Shown in pieces: positions 31,081 through 42,830 of a stretch of DNA of 64,000 nt. Every line of letters starts with the position of its first letter. Positions within the stretch are counted from its first letter, which is position 1. The stretch is from Felis catus (taxonomy: Eukaryota): contig NC_058369.1 of the NCBI RefSeq assembly GCF_018350175.1, positions 6,076,001 to 6,140,000 of the forward strand. Direction: 5' to 3'. A model generated the notes under the pieces. That model was not told the DNA's origin. It searched no databases and saw only the letters and a list, made by a program, of their open reading frames with translations. A program made the translations under genes and the position numbers.

Positions 31081-31707
31081 GGGCATTCATGCTCACACAC
31101 ACTCGTGCCCCCAGGGCTCCTGGTTATCACGTCCGCGTGCTTGCTGTGTGACTTTCCTCATCCCTTAATACTTGCAGACCCTCCGCCACCGGGTCCCCAC
31201 CCCCACCCCCAGATGCTCCCAGGAACAGATCTGAAAGCCACATTCTTTCCCATTGGCCTTTATCGTCACAAATCACAAAACGTGAGTGCAGAAACAAGGG
31301 AACGCACAAATGTACCCGCTCTGCACACCCTCGGTGACATAATCAGTCACACACTGACACCCACCTGTTCACACAACACAGGGAGTGACGGGGTACACCC
31401 TCAACACCCGCAGTTACAGTGATGTAGGGGGTGCTCCACACACACACACGCACGCGCACACACACACACAGCTCCATGACATTCACACACAACATACCAC
31501 AGGACATTCACACGTGTTCACAGTGCAACACGTGTTACCAACACCCGCGCCCAGGCTGACACACTTCTGCGGTCCTTGCTGACACAGCCGCCCACTGTAT
31601 CATGTGTTATCGCTCCCGTGACACCATGAGGCACACATGCGGCCGTCTTCACGGGGAAGTGCAGCCCCGTCCTCCAAGCTGCAGCCTGGGTGTCAATGTC
31701 TTCTCAT

Positions 31708-33896
31708 TTATTGAGCTGTGGGCTCTGAGCAGGATGAAGACCCAAGGTCAGGCAGATCCCTTCCCCCCCCCCCCACCCCAGAGAGAAACCAGGGCCAGAG
31801 ATGTGGCTCCCTCCTCATCCACCTCCCTAGCCCAACTTACGTGGCTGCGGCTTCTTCTCTAGTATCTTGGAGATTTCATGTAATTTAGTCTTGATTTGGC
31901 TTAAGTCTGGGGGCAGGGGGACAGGAGAAAGCTGGTCTGGGCCTCAGACAAGGCCCTCACCTTTATTGGAAGCCTCTTCCCTGCCCACCCCGCCCCCGCC
32001 CCAGCCTGGGTGTTGCAGAGCCCATGTACTTGGCCTTCCCTTTTTAAATATCCCCGCCCAGAGGGTGACATCCATCACCCCCTAAACCCTGAGCACTGGG
32101 AGGGCAGACCCCTGCTGTCGCCTCCCCCAATCCCCCAGCGCCCAGCATGAGACAAAGCCCGCCCAGTAAGGGTCTGCAAGGGCACCTGTTGACAGCGTCT
32201 TCACTTTCTCGTTCCCGATGTGGACATTTCTCTTGATCATGTCAATGTCCTGCCTGGCCTCCGTGATGAGCTGCTGGACGCTGCTCCAGCCCTGTTTCTG
32301 CTCCTCCTGACACTGTTGTCCCGAGATGGAGACTGAGGCAAGAAACAGACACGTCTGAATCACCGCTGCCCACCCCGACCCCACGGGCCTCCCCCAGGTC
32401 CCACCCTTACCATTCTGGAGCTCCCTTTTCACGACCAGCAGCTCCTGGGACACCTCAGAATCTGTTCAGGAGGAGGGGCGGGGGAGGCAGGAACACCCTT
32501 GAAGCGCCCCCAGTTGGGCTGTCCTGGGAACAAGGGTGGGGGAAGGGAGAGCAACGAGGGAGAAGGGAGACAGGGTGGGAACACGGGGCCTCCCCCACCT
32601 CCCGAGGCCCCCCTTTACGCCGCCCCAGCCCCCTCCCCACCCACCAAAGAACGACAAAAAGGAAAGTGAAACCGAAGACCCTACTCACTCTTCACCAGGA
32701 CCAAGGCCAAGAGAACGATGCAGAACAGGGCAAGGAGGATGTACAGGCTCAGGGTGACTCTGTGCAGCCAACGAGGGACCTGGGCAGAGTCTGGGGCCTG
32801 CTTCGACCAGGCTGGGACTGGAGCAGAGGCAGGACAGGTGACCTCCAGGGCCCAACACTGCCGCTTAGACCGTCGGCACTGACTCTACACTGAGCTCCGA
32901 CTCAGAGCTGTCTCACCTGCTCCCACTCCTGCCGATACAGCCACTGCGACCACCAGCATGCACCCCGCCCACAGCCACCAGTAGTTGTCCGTAACGCTGT
33001 CACCATCAGGTCTCCCCCTTGCCCTCCCCTTCACCAGCACTCACAACATCAGCAGCAGCTGTCACTGAAGCCCATCCACCTCAGTGCCTGTCGTTATCAG
33101 CACTGTCCCCAGCAACAAGTCTCATCAGCTCTTGTCTAGGTGGTTCCTTCCTGATCCACTGCACGATCACCTCACCAACATTACCCACACTGTCACCAAC
33201 ACTCCCACCAACACCAGCACCACTCGCATCATCATCACCACCTGCGGAGCTACCCCTGCGACTGTGACTCACAAGCCCTGAGGCCACCACGCCCCACACC
33301 ATTGCCCCAGGCCTCCTCACGGTGCCCTTGTTCCCGTGATGTCCTACCAGGGGCCCCTCCCGAGGCTGTGAGGTGCGGGCTGGCAGGTGGCTGCTTGCCT
33401 CGATTCTTGGGTGGTGAATGGCTGCCCCTTGGTTGCTCCTGGTTTCTGAAGGTCAAGGTGATATTCTCATAGTCAGGGTCTGCACCTGTGGGTGGGTCAG
33501 TGAGACTGGAAACCTGCCTGGGGCTCTGGGGCTGGGGTGGGGGTGGGAGCGGGGCTCAGAGATCTTGGCTCAACCAAACCCCTGCAGATAACAGATTTCT
33601 GGGGATAAAAGAAGGAATGGGGAAACAAGATCTGCTTCTTGGTTAGGTGGAGAGGGCGTGTGTGAGTGTTTGGGGGGTACACGTACACACGTGCCTTTTG
33701 GGGTAGGGGAGGGAGCCCTGTGACCCAGCTTTCAGCCCCTTACCTCTCCCATCCCAACCTCTCCCTCCTGCCGTCTCCCCTCCCCACCTTGAGGTACCGA
33801 ACCTTCCTTATGGTCTGGGGCCCTCTGTTTCTTGCCTTTGAAGTCTGCTGCTTGCATCCTGACCTCCTGATTCAAGCAGAGTCCCTCAGACCCCAT
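31708..33896 (-). CDS. MCEMP1: Mast cell-expressed membrane protein 1, ~196-201 aa: complement(join(31708..31724,31841..31906,32186..32332,32411..32461,32689..32817,33399..33485,33803(or 33788)..33896))
   Basis: MGSEGLCLNQEVRMQAADFKGKKQ.../GADPDYENITLTFRNQ (YENI motif)/TM SLYILLALFCIVLLALVLVK/NSEVSQELLVVKRELQN/VSISGQQCQEEQKQGWSSVQQ.../QPTAQ*. Syntenic between TRAPPC5 and RETN; intron 2 has a GC donor. Confidence 0.9.
32940..33310. repeat. (CAC/CAT)-rich low-complexity tract in MCEMP1 intron 2
   Basis: caccatca/accaacac runs. Confidence 0.6.
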
Positions 33897-33949
33897 GGTT
33901 CCCAGTCTGCCAATTTGCCCACACACACCCCACCCACCGGAAGGTGTCG

Positions 33950-34280
33950 CGGCAGATGAGGAAATCTCTGGGTTGAGGGTGGGGGGAGGAGAGGTCAGCC
34001 TCCTCTCTTCAGTGATCTGGGACCCTCTGACCCTGGGGCATCCTCTCCTCCCCTCCCAGATCCAGAGGGTCTTAGGAGTCTAGAGGTCTCACGGAGGGTC
34101 AAGCAGAGAAGCCCATGGACCCAGAGACAGGACAGAACGGTCAGGAACCCGTGGCAGTCATCCTGTTGCAATACACAAATGTATCATCAGGCTTACACAA
34201 TGTGACATGTCAATTATGCTCAATGTAAATAAATTCAAAAGAATTTAAAGGATGATCAGGAACTTTACAGGAAGCTGTGT
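33950..34280 (-). promoter_or_regulatory. MCEMP1: MCEMP1 proximal promoter with PU.1/ETS- and C/EBP-like motifs
   Basis: GAGGAAAT ~33958, TTGCAAT 34166, TTACACAA 34193, ACAGGAAG ~34267; motif matches only. Confidence 0.4.
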
Positions 34281-34899
34281 GTGTGTCTCCCCAAATGAAC
34301 TTTGTCCCCTGCCCCTCTCAGGAGAAAACCTGGGGCACCTGGGATCCCCACCTTTTAGGTTTGAGGCAGCCGGGCTTGGAAGCAGGATTCCTGAGCCTGC
34401 CGCGTCTTTCTCTTTCTCCCCCCCGCCCCCCGCCCCTGGCCCCAGTCCCACCCCTCAGCTCCACCCCAAGAATTCTGCTTCTTTAAGGCCCCATGGGAGG
34501 AAAGGAACGGAATTAAGGCAAGAGGACCAATTACTGGAGCCCCACCCACATCTGGGACTGAAGCCAGACCCACGCCTTGACCTAACCCTGGATGTGGTGT
34601 CCCCTCTCCCCGGGTCCCCAGACAGAGACTAACTGGAAACACTCACTCTCATCCACACATCTGCTCATCTACCCACACTCACACACACTCCCAAATACCC
34701 TTACGCATCTGCTCACGTATTCACATGGCTTGCTCATTGGCATGCCTCTACATGTGCTTGCCCTAGAGAAATATCCATATTCATGCACTCACAGGGTGGC
34801 ACTCTGTCTAGATGTCTTAGAGCTCTCTTTGTCTGTGACCTTGAAGACTGGTGATAAAAATGAGACAACGTGTACAGGGAATTTTCTCTTTAACTTTAG

Positions 34900-35455
34900 A
34901 ACAGTGCCTTCTGGTAGAAATGTAATGTAAACCACATCTCCAGTTTAAAATGTTCTGGGGGCGCCTGGGTGGCTCAGTCGGTTAAGCGTCCGACTTCAAC
35001 TCAGGTCACGATCTCGCGGTCCGTGAGTTCGAGCCCCGCGTCGGGCTCTGGGCTGATGGCTCAGAGCCCGGAGCCTGCTTCAGATTCTGTGTCTCCCTCT
35101 CTCTTCCTCCCTCCCCCATTCATGCTCTGTCTCTCTCTGTCTCAAAAATAAATAAACGTTAAAAAAAAAAATAAAAAAATCATCTTAAAATTTTCTAGCA
35201 ACCGCATTAAAAAGATAACAAAAAGACAGACAGTTAATTTTAATAATGTATTGTACTTAGCATAGTACAATTATCACTTCAGCATGTAGACGAGACTAAA
35301 AAATTATTGAGATGTTTTTGGTTTTTAGATCTTTCGGTTTTGGCTCTGAGACCTTTTTTTGGTACTAAATCCTTGAAAACAAACGTGTCTTGTGTTTACA
35401 CTTAAGGCACATTTCAAGTATTTGATGGCTGCCTTACTGGACGGCGCTGGTCTAG
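34900..35455. mobile_element. MER33/MER3-like hAT MITE interrupted by a Can-SINE (34957-35179, +)
   Basis: tagaaatgtaatgtaaaccacat...ttaattttaataatgtatt...cacatttcaagt; near-consensus SINEC inside. Confidence 0.65.
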
Positions 35456-35460
35456 ACTAT

Positions 35461-36166
35461 TGATGAAGTTTTGGGGTGATGGGTCCAGAGCCGACGGCCA
35501 AGAAAGAATTCTTAAAGATGTCTTGGTGCAAAAAAAGGTGATTTTATTAAAGCATGGGGACAGGACGCCTGCGCAAAAAGAGCTGCGCTGGGGTTGTGAC
35601 AGGTAACTCAAATATGCCCTCATTTGGGAGGGGATCAGGGATGGAGTAAGCCTCTAAGGAATTTTGGAAGCAAGGGTTCCAGGACCTTGCGGGGGTTGGC
35701 TGTTGCTAGGGAAACACCATTTGTTACTGTTTGATAAAACCTCAGTCACGAGACCCTTCAGATGAATATGGGGGAGGGGCCAGAAGCTGGGAGGATGGTT
35801 GCCAGCATATATCTTGGGGCGGTTGAGATAAAGGAAGTTGATTTACAGGATCCTTGAGGTAGGGATCGTGTTAAGCTAAGGTTTTTTTTTGCCCCCAGGA
35901 AAGTGTCATCCTTGAGGCAGCTGAGCTCCTAGAGGGAGGTCACTCTGCTGGTTTCAAGGACTTATCAATGGGCTGTAGGCAGTAAGCAGATTTGATTTTC
36001 CATTTGCCTTAGTTTCCCACATCACCACGGCAAGCACTTAAACCCCTTTCCTTTGCTCTTGGGTAGCTGGGAGTGTCCAAGGAATATCACACAGATCCCA
36101 CCTGGGTGAGAGGAGGGGGTGGGGGGGTGCTAGCTTGTGCTCAGCCTGCCTCATACTCTCTCATCA
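35461..36166 (-). mobile_element. solo ERV LTR, 706 bp
   Basis: Inverted termini TGATGA...TCATCA; near-perfect 5-bp TSD actat/gctat; minus-strand AATAAA (plus tttatt ~35543). Confidence 0.8.
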
Positions 36167-36329
36167 GCTATTCTAGTTTCCTCCCTTTGGAACAATAAGT
36201 AAAAGAGAATGTAAAAGATTTTTATGTGTGTGAAGTATGTTTTAGCTCTTAAATGTGTGATTAAACTGTTCTCTAAACTATTGCCAACCTTGTCTGCTCA
36301 GAGATTGGTTTAGTAGTGATTAGATGGCA

Positions 36330-36552
36330 GGGGCGCCCGGGTGCCTCAGTCGGTTGGGCCGGCCAACTCCGGCTCAGGTCATGATCTCATGGTTCATGGG
36401 TTCGAGCCCCGCGTCGGGTTCTGTCCTGAGAGCTCGGAGCCTGGAGCCTGCTTCGGAATCTGCGACTCCCCCTCTCTCTCTCTCTGTCCCCTTCCCAGCT
36501 CATGCTCTGTCTCTCAAAAAATAAATAGACGTTAAAAAAAAATTAAAAAAAA
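36330..36552 (+). mobile_element. Can-SINE
   Basis: 16-bp TSD tagtgattagatggca. Confidence 0.92.
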
Positions 36553-36859
36553 TAGTGATTAGATGGCAGCTCCTCCCTCTGACCTTAGAAAGAAGTCAGC
36601 AACTGAGAATTCAACTCCCTTTCCTGATGTAACAGCCGCGGAGGAGCCGGACCAATGGGCAGCTGGCTCTGCTGTGATGGACAGGTGCAGGGGGTGGGGC
36701 CGCAGCCCCGCACATTACGGAAGGTCAGTTGAAGCCAAGACCAGACTCCAGCCCTCTGGCAAAATGGTAGCTGTTAGACTGGAGGCCCACAAGCGGTCAT
36801 GAGAGGGCTCTGTGGGGTTCCCTGACCAGCCCCTGCCATGGAGTAATAGTCTCAGTTTT

Positions 36860-37335
36860 CTCTTAAGAAAGAATATGCGTCTCAAGTCCAACCGACCGTA
36901 AACCAGAGGTTGGTTTAGAGTGGGCATATGATCCAGGCCCAGCCAATCAGAGTCTAAGATTTGACACAGGGGTGGGCAAATGAGCCAGAGTCAGCCAATG
37001 AAGCTCAGGCCCGGGACTTTGGTTGCATTTACCAGGAAAAAAAGGCATTTCGTCTTTTTTTCCTCTCCACTGGGACTCTCAGAGACTGGGAAGACGTAAG
37101 CCTGGAGCTGTGATGGGGAAGGACCTGCTGAGAGAGAAGCCAGCACTGAGGAAAGCAGACCGGAGAGGCAGTCGGGTCCTGGAGGCATCATCTGATACCT
37201 GGATCCAGCCATACCTGAATCCATTGTTCTACCCTGAGCCTCTCAGTTACATAACCCAGAAATTTCCTTTTACTTTTGCTCACACTAGTTTGAAGTGGCA
37301 TTTGTGGCACTTGCAACTAGACCAATCTTGGCTGC
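36860..37335 (+). mobile_element. ancient MaLR/ERVL LTR fragment
   Basis: gggcatatgatccaggcccagccaatcagag...ctggatccagccatacctgaa...cacttgcaact. Confidence 0.55.
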
Positions 37336-39222
37336 CTCAGGGGGCTGGACAGTTGGCAAATGAGGAAATGGAGGCTTAAGAAAGGAGCTTGCCTGTCCAA
37401 GTGTGCACTGTGGGACAGAGAATGACTGTGTTGGAAGTGAATTCTCTGAAGAGTACCTTCTTGGGGTCCAGATACAGGGGGGCGATTGAGTGGGACTTGG
37501 AGGTAAAGACGCCTTCTGATCAGAATCTGGGGACAAAGGAGGGCACCCCCTTCCACATGAGTGAGGGGGCGGGACAGGCCAGGTACTAGACTCAACTTCT
37601 CTCCTCCTCAACACACTTCTGACTCAGTGGTCCCACCTCAACCCCATGGCCGCCGTGGGGTTAGGAGGGAGGACCTAGGAGAGGAACCTCTGGATTGGGG
37701 TCTGGGTGGGCTCCAGGGGCAACAGGAGTGTTGTGATGTCAGCTTATGGCCACCAGGAGCAGACAGGAGGCTGTGGCATCGTAGGAGGTGGGTGGCGGTA
37801 GAAGGAGAGTCCAAAACATCTTGAAAACCAGGATCCCACCCCATTGCCCATTCCCAAGTCCCTGGAGCGTGCTGCTGGGGACTGTGACATTTGAGGCCGG
37901 GGTCCCTTTCAAGACCAGGCACCCAGTGTTCTGAAGTCTGAGTCTGTGTCTTTCAAGGGACTGGGTTTTAAGATAATTTAAAGCTATCTTAACTAATAGG
38001 ATTATTATTTGATAATAATAACAATAATAATAATAAATTAGGATTAGGAGTCCCAGGGAACTGGACTCTGAATCACCAGATTTGTGCCCCCAGGAAGCTG
38101 TGCAGGGGTCACACGTGACTCATCTTCTGGGTCAGAATTCAGACTGAGATCGCTGTCATTCCAGGCTGGGATGCGGACTCTGTCCAGGGCTTAAATATGT
38201 CTATGTGTCTATGCTCCTCTTTCCACGGGCACACCTTTGTGATTCAGGGGTGCCTCCTTGTGCCTACGTGTGTGTATGTGTGTGTGTGTGTAGGCATGGT
38301 GTATCCCTGTGTGACCATAGTAACTGGGTTGTGTACTGTGTGTACATGGCCATGTGTAACTGTGTCTGGACATGGAGGGTGTGCACCTGCGTGGGGTATC
38401 CACGTGTGTATGTGGTTATTTATTTAACAGACATTTCCTGAGTGCCTACTATGTGACATGCTCTCTTTGAAGCGCCAGGGATACACCAAAGAGCAGACAA
38501 GTACCCTGCACTCTGTTTTCATATTCAAGTGTCCGTGAGGGTGTATATACCGCGGGTTGTTAACTAACCCCTCGAAACTGCGCCTGCAAGTGTGAAAACG
38601 TGAACTCGCGGTTCGTGGCCTCAGGTAAGAGTTCTCAGCCGGCTCCGGTGGAGATTCCTCCCTGTCCACGGCCTGGCTTTGCCTGTGCCTTGAGGAACCC
38701 TCAATGAGGTTGGGGAGTGACGGACGGGGGCTCAGGACTCTGGGCTGAGACGTGATTCAGGGGTCCACCTTGACCCTGGGGCTACTGGGGGCTTGGGGGG
38801 CCTGGAGTGTATGAGGGATGGCGGGGCGGGGGTCCCCGTGCCGTCCAGACCTAGACCCCCGATGAAGCCTCGTTGTGGGGGCTGGGGCAGAATGAACCAG
38901 CGCCTTCCTGGAAGGCCAGAGACCCGAGGGTGATCGTCAAAGTGGCCTCAAAGGTAACACCCACTTCCCCTCCCGAAGGAGGCCATGCTCCTTGGGTGTG
39001 AGTGTCCTTATAGAGGAAGTTGAGGCCCTCTTCTCCGAGGCAGAGGTGGGGACAAACATGGCAAGAGGGGGATGGCCAGAAGACAGCCACGGGCGCCGCC
39101 CCCCCGGCCACCGCCTCCCTCCAGCGTCTACGTGCCCCGCTCTTTTCGGAGACGCCAGCTCTCTCCCCCAAACCTCAGCAAGACAGCGGGGCGCCCAGCC
39201 CCTCGCCGTCGTCTTCTCAGGG

Positions 39223-39228
39223 TTTATT
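39223..39228 (-). terminator. RETN: RETN polyadenylation signal
   Basis: tttatt on plus, ~85 nt past the stop. Confidence 0.75.
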
Positions 39229-39311
39229 TCCAGCCCCGCCCCATCTGAAGCCCGTCCCCGCCCCGCTGAGGCCTGGCCACGCCCCCCAGCCCGAGCCGCG
39301 CTCGGGCGACC

Positions 39312-40526
39312 TCAGGCGGGGGCCTGCACGCGACAGCAGCGAGCCCCCGTCCAGTCCATGCCCGCGCACTGGCAGTGGCAGGTGGTCTCGGCGCGCACGT
39401 CCCACGAGCCGCAGGCGGAGCCACAAGTGCAGGCGGTGACGGCGAAGCCTGCGGGCGAGAGGGGAGGGAGCTTGGCCCCGAGCCGGAGGCTACGGGCCTG
39501 GGGGTCGGAGGGGGCTGGCGGCTCCAACACCTGGGAATGGGGGCCGCAGTGCTTGCGGCAGGGAGGCCGGCGGCTGGGGGGCCTGGACTCTCCAGTGTCC
39601 TAAGGAAATGCGGTCCCGGAGCTGGGGCGCGGGGAGGGCTGGGACTGCAGACCAGGACTCCAGGGAAGTGGACTCAAGCAACCGAGGCTGGGGGCGCCTG
39701 GGGGGGCTCAGCTGGTTAAACCTCGGACTCAGCTCAGGATCCCAGGGTTGTGGGATCGAGCTTCGCGTTGGGCTCCTGCTGAGCCTGGAGCCTGCTTGGG
39801 ATCCTCTGTCTCCCTCTCTCTCTCTGCCCCTCCCTTCCTCTGTCTCTCTCAAAATAAAGAAACCTTTAAAGGGAAAGAAATAGAGGCTGGTCTTAGGGGG
39901 AGGGGGTACGGGGTACTGGGAATATAACTGAGAGCCTGGACAAAGGACTTCTGTACTCACCTAAGGGGCAGGTGGCCAAGTCACCCCTGGAGGTGACGGT
40001 TCGGCAGCTCAGGCCGATGGTCCTTATTGTCTCAAGGACTGTGGGAGAAGAAGGGACCGAATGAGACCAAGCTGCCCCTCCCCCACTCTCATGCTGCCGG
40101 GGTGGTTTGGAGACCCGCCCAGGGGGTCTGGAAAGCGCTTTGGAGGAAGGCCCAGGTGGTCGGGGGCTCTGGTGGAGGGGGCCCTGGTGGAGAGCGAGAG
40201 CCGTGGGCGGGCAGCTCACCGCCTCCCAGGCTCTCATGAGTGTTTTAGAGGAAGGAGGATTTGGGGCTTCTGCTGAAGGCCGAGCTGCATGGGGGCTGCG
40301 GTTGGGTCGGGTCTGGGGGTGAGGTTTGGTTCTAGTTAGGGCTGGCTTCATGGTGGCTCTATGTCAGGAGTTAAAGGGGTTTCTGAGGCCCCTGCTGAGG
40401 GTCCTCACTTGAGCGGGTGCCGTCCTGGATCTTCTCATTGATGGCTTCCTCCACCGGACACAGAGACCTGCCACACACCAGCAGCCCCAGGACAGGGAGG
40501 AGGAGGAGGAGGGGAAGAGCCTTCAT
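39312..40526 (-). CDS. RETN: Resistin precursor, 110 aa: complement(join(39312..39448,39961..40038,40409..40526))
   Basis: Signal peptide [19 protein letters not shown]; [14 protein letters not shown]; RELM cysteine signature C-X11-C-X8-CXC-X3-C-X10-CXCXC-X9-CC; GT-AG introns; total 333 nt. Confidence 0.97.
39690..39880 (+). mobile_element. Can-SINE in RETN intron 3, antisense to RETN
   Basis: ggggcgcctgggggg head, (CT)n, TSD-like gaggctgg. Confidence 0.85.
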
Positions 40527-40718
40527 TCCGCAGGCACTGCAAGAGGGAACCAAGACGCCCACAGCTGGGTCCGGGGAGGATGGGGCCTACAGAGCAGGAG
40601 GGATATGGAACCCTGGGTCCCTGTGGGGGATGCAGCTGGAGTCCCCGCTTTGCCATGGCCCCCTCGGGCTGGGGCTCTGGGCTGAGCCAGGGCTGGGCTC
40701 CGGGCAGCCGTCACTTAC

Positions 40719-40825
40719 CCTCTGGATGGACTCAGCAGGCCAAATCTCGGACACTGATTTCGTGCCCCTGCCACATGTCCCTCTTTAAAGCTTCTGAATG
40801 TGGAGCTTCCTGTCTTGGCAAAGTT
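40719..40825 (-). promoter_or_regulatory. RETN: RETN non-coding exon 1 (40719-~40754) and core promoter (TTTAAA 40784-40789, ETS ACAGGAAG ~40805-40812)
   Basis: Donor AGG|GTAAGT; exon text gtgtccgagatttggcctgctgagtcc resembles recalled human exon 1. Confidence 0.7.
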
Positions 40826-41295
40826 TCTTGGCCCCCTGACCCTCCCATCCCATATCCGGGGCCAAGAGGAAGCCCCCCGGCCAGACTCCAGGGGCCTAGG
40901 GGTGGGAAGCCCTGCCCCCCTCTCCCCCTGCCACGGTTTCCCCATTCAAGAGCCCCCCCCCCCCCTTGTCACATCCGGGCTGGGGCTGGTCCAGGAGGTA
41001 GTGCCTGGGGCATAATTCCAGAAGCCCTGGTTCCAGACGCTGGGAGTTTGCATGCAGGGGTGGGGAGTGCAGGCATGTCCAAAATAACCTCCCCGTGTGT
41101 GAACTGCATAGGAGGTTCATACCCGGACGCCCATCAGCAATGGAATGGATACATTCATGGTTTATTTTCCTTCAATGGAACCATCCGCAACAGATGGTGA
41201 CAAACGACAGCCCATGGGACAGATTTGGCCCACTGTCTATATCTGTGCAGCCCAGGAGTTAAGCATGGTTTTACGTTTTGGGTTTTTTTGCGTTT

Positions 41296-41351
41296 TTTTT
41301 TTTTTAATTATTATTTTTTCAGGGCGAGAGAGACAGAGCGTGAGCGTAGGA

Positions 41352-41393
<42 letters not shown>

Positions 41394-41526
41394 GCAGAAT
41401 TCGAAGCAGGCTCCAGGCTCTGAGCTGTCAGCACAAAGCCTGACTGGGCGCTCGAACTCACGAACCGTGAGATTATAACCTGAGCTGAAGTCGGACGCTT
41501 AATTGATCGAGCCACCCAGGTGCCCC
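41296..41526 (-). mobile_element. Can-SINE with (GA)n
   Basis: Reverse SINEC. Confidence 0.9.
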
Positions 41527-41529
41527 AGA

Positions 41530-41770
41530 ACCTCATTCCTTTTTATGGCTAATATTCCTCTGTATACAGGCCACCTTGTGTTTACCCATTCTTCTGTTAG
41601 TTGTCGTGTGCATTGTTTCCACCTGTTGGGTGTCGGGAATGATGCCTCTGTAATCATTGGTGTATAAACATCTCTGAATCTCTGCTTTCAGGTTTCTTGG
41701 GTATATACCCCGGAGTGGGATTGCTGGATCATATGGCAATTCTATGTTTAACTCTTTGGGGGGCTGCCAA
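41530..41770 (-). mobile_element. L1 3' fragment
   Basis: gggtatataccccggagtgggattgctggatcatatggcaattctatgtttaac. Confidence 0.8.
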
Positions 41771-42149
41771 AGAGTTTTTACATTTTTAAATCGTTGGGGG
41801 AAAAAATGTAATCCTTAGTGACATATGAAACGTATATGAAATTCAAATCCCAGCGCTCATAAATAAAGCATTCTTGGAACGTGGCCATGGCCACTATTTT
41901 ATAGATTATCTGACGCTGCTTTTCCTAGGTCAGTGGCAGAGTTGAGAGGTTGTGACAGAGACTGACTCTATGGCCTACAGAGGTGAACCTGGCTATATCG
42001 GGCCCTTTACAGGAAAAAAAAAAAAAAATTGCCCACCCCGGTCAACAGAAATGAGTATGAATGAGAGATCACACTATATCGTTTGCAGCTATATGCAACA
42101 GTCTGGAAGATTCTCACCATTATAATTGTGAGCAAAAGAATCTGGGCCA

Positions 42150-42830
42150 GGGGTGCCTGGGTGGCTCAGCTGGTTTAAGTAAGCATTCGACTTCGGCTCA
42201 GGTCGTGATCTCACAGCCCATGGGTTCGAGCCTTGCTCTGTGCTGACAGCTCAGAGCCTGGAGCCTGTTTCAGATTCTGTGTCTCCCTCTGTCTCTGCCC
42301 CTCCCCCGCTCATGTTCTGTCTCTCAAAAATAAACATTAAAAAAAAAGTAAAAAGTAAAAACAATCCAGACGCAAAAAAGAATATACCACACAATTTCAT
42401 ATACTAAAAAGGACCAAAAATGGGTGCCTGGGTGGCTTAGTTGGTTGAGTGTCCAACTCTTGGTTTTGGCTCAAGTCAAAATTTCACGGTTCGTGGGTGT
42501 AAGCCCCGCGTGGGGCTCTGTGCTAACAGCATGGAGCCTGCTTGGGATTCTCTGTCTCCCTCTCTCTTTGTCCCTCCCCTGTTCACACGATCTCTCTCAA
42601 AAATAAATTTGAGGGGCGCCTGGGTGGCTCAGCCAGTTGAGCGACCGACTTCGGCTCAGGGCATGATCTCACTGTTCGTGAGTTCGAGCCCCGCGCCGGG
42701 CTCTGTGCTGACAGCTCGGAGCCTGGAGCTTGCTTCGGATCCTGTGCCTCCCTCTGTCTCTGCCCCTCCCCCACTCATGCTCTATCTCTGTCTCAGAAAT
42801 AAATAAACATTAAAAAAATTAAAAAATAAA
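42150..42830 (+). mobile_element. three tandem Can-SINEs (42150-42350, 42421-42608, 42612-42830)
   Basis: Three SINEC heads and tails. Confidence 0.88.

Noticed and set aside
28531-31841. In-frame MCEMP1-TRAPPC5 fusion protein
   Set aside because: MCEMP1 donors are phase 1, while the inferred 12-nt TRAPPC5 leader requires phase 0; cannot be fully excluded because of the gap
34957-35050. tRNA genes suggested by A/B boxes (here and in all similar copies)
   Set aside because: These are tRNA-derived heads of Can-SINEs, followed by (CT)n and A tails
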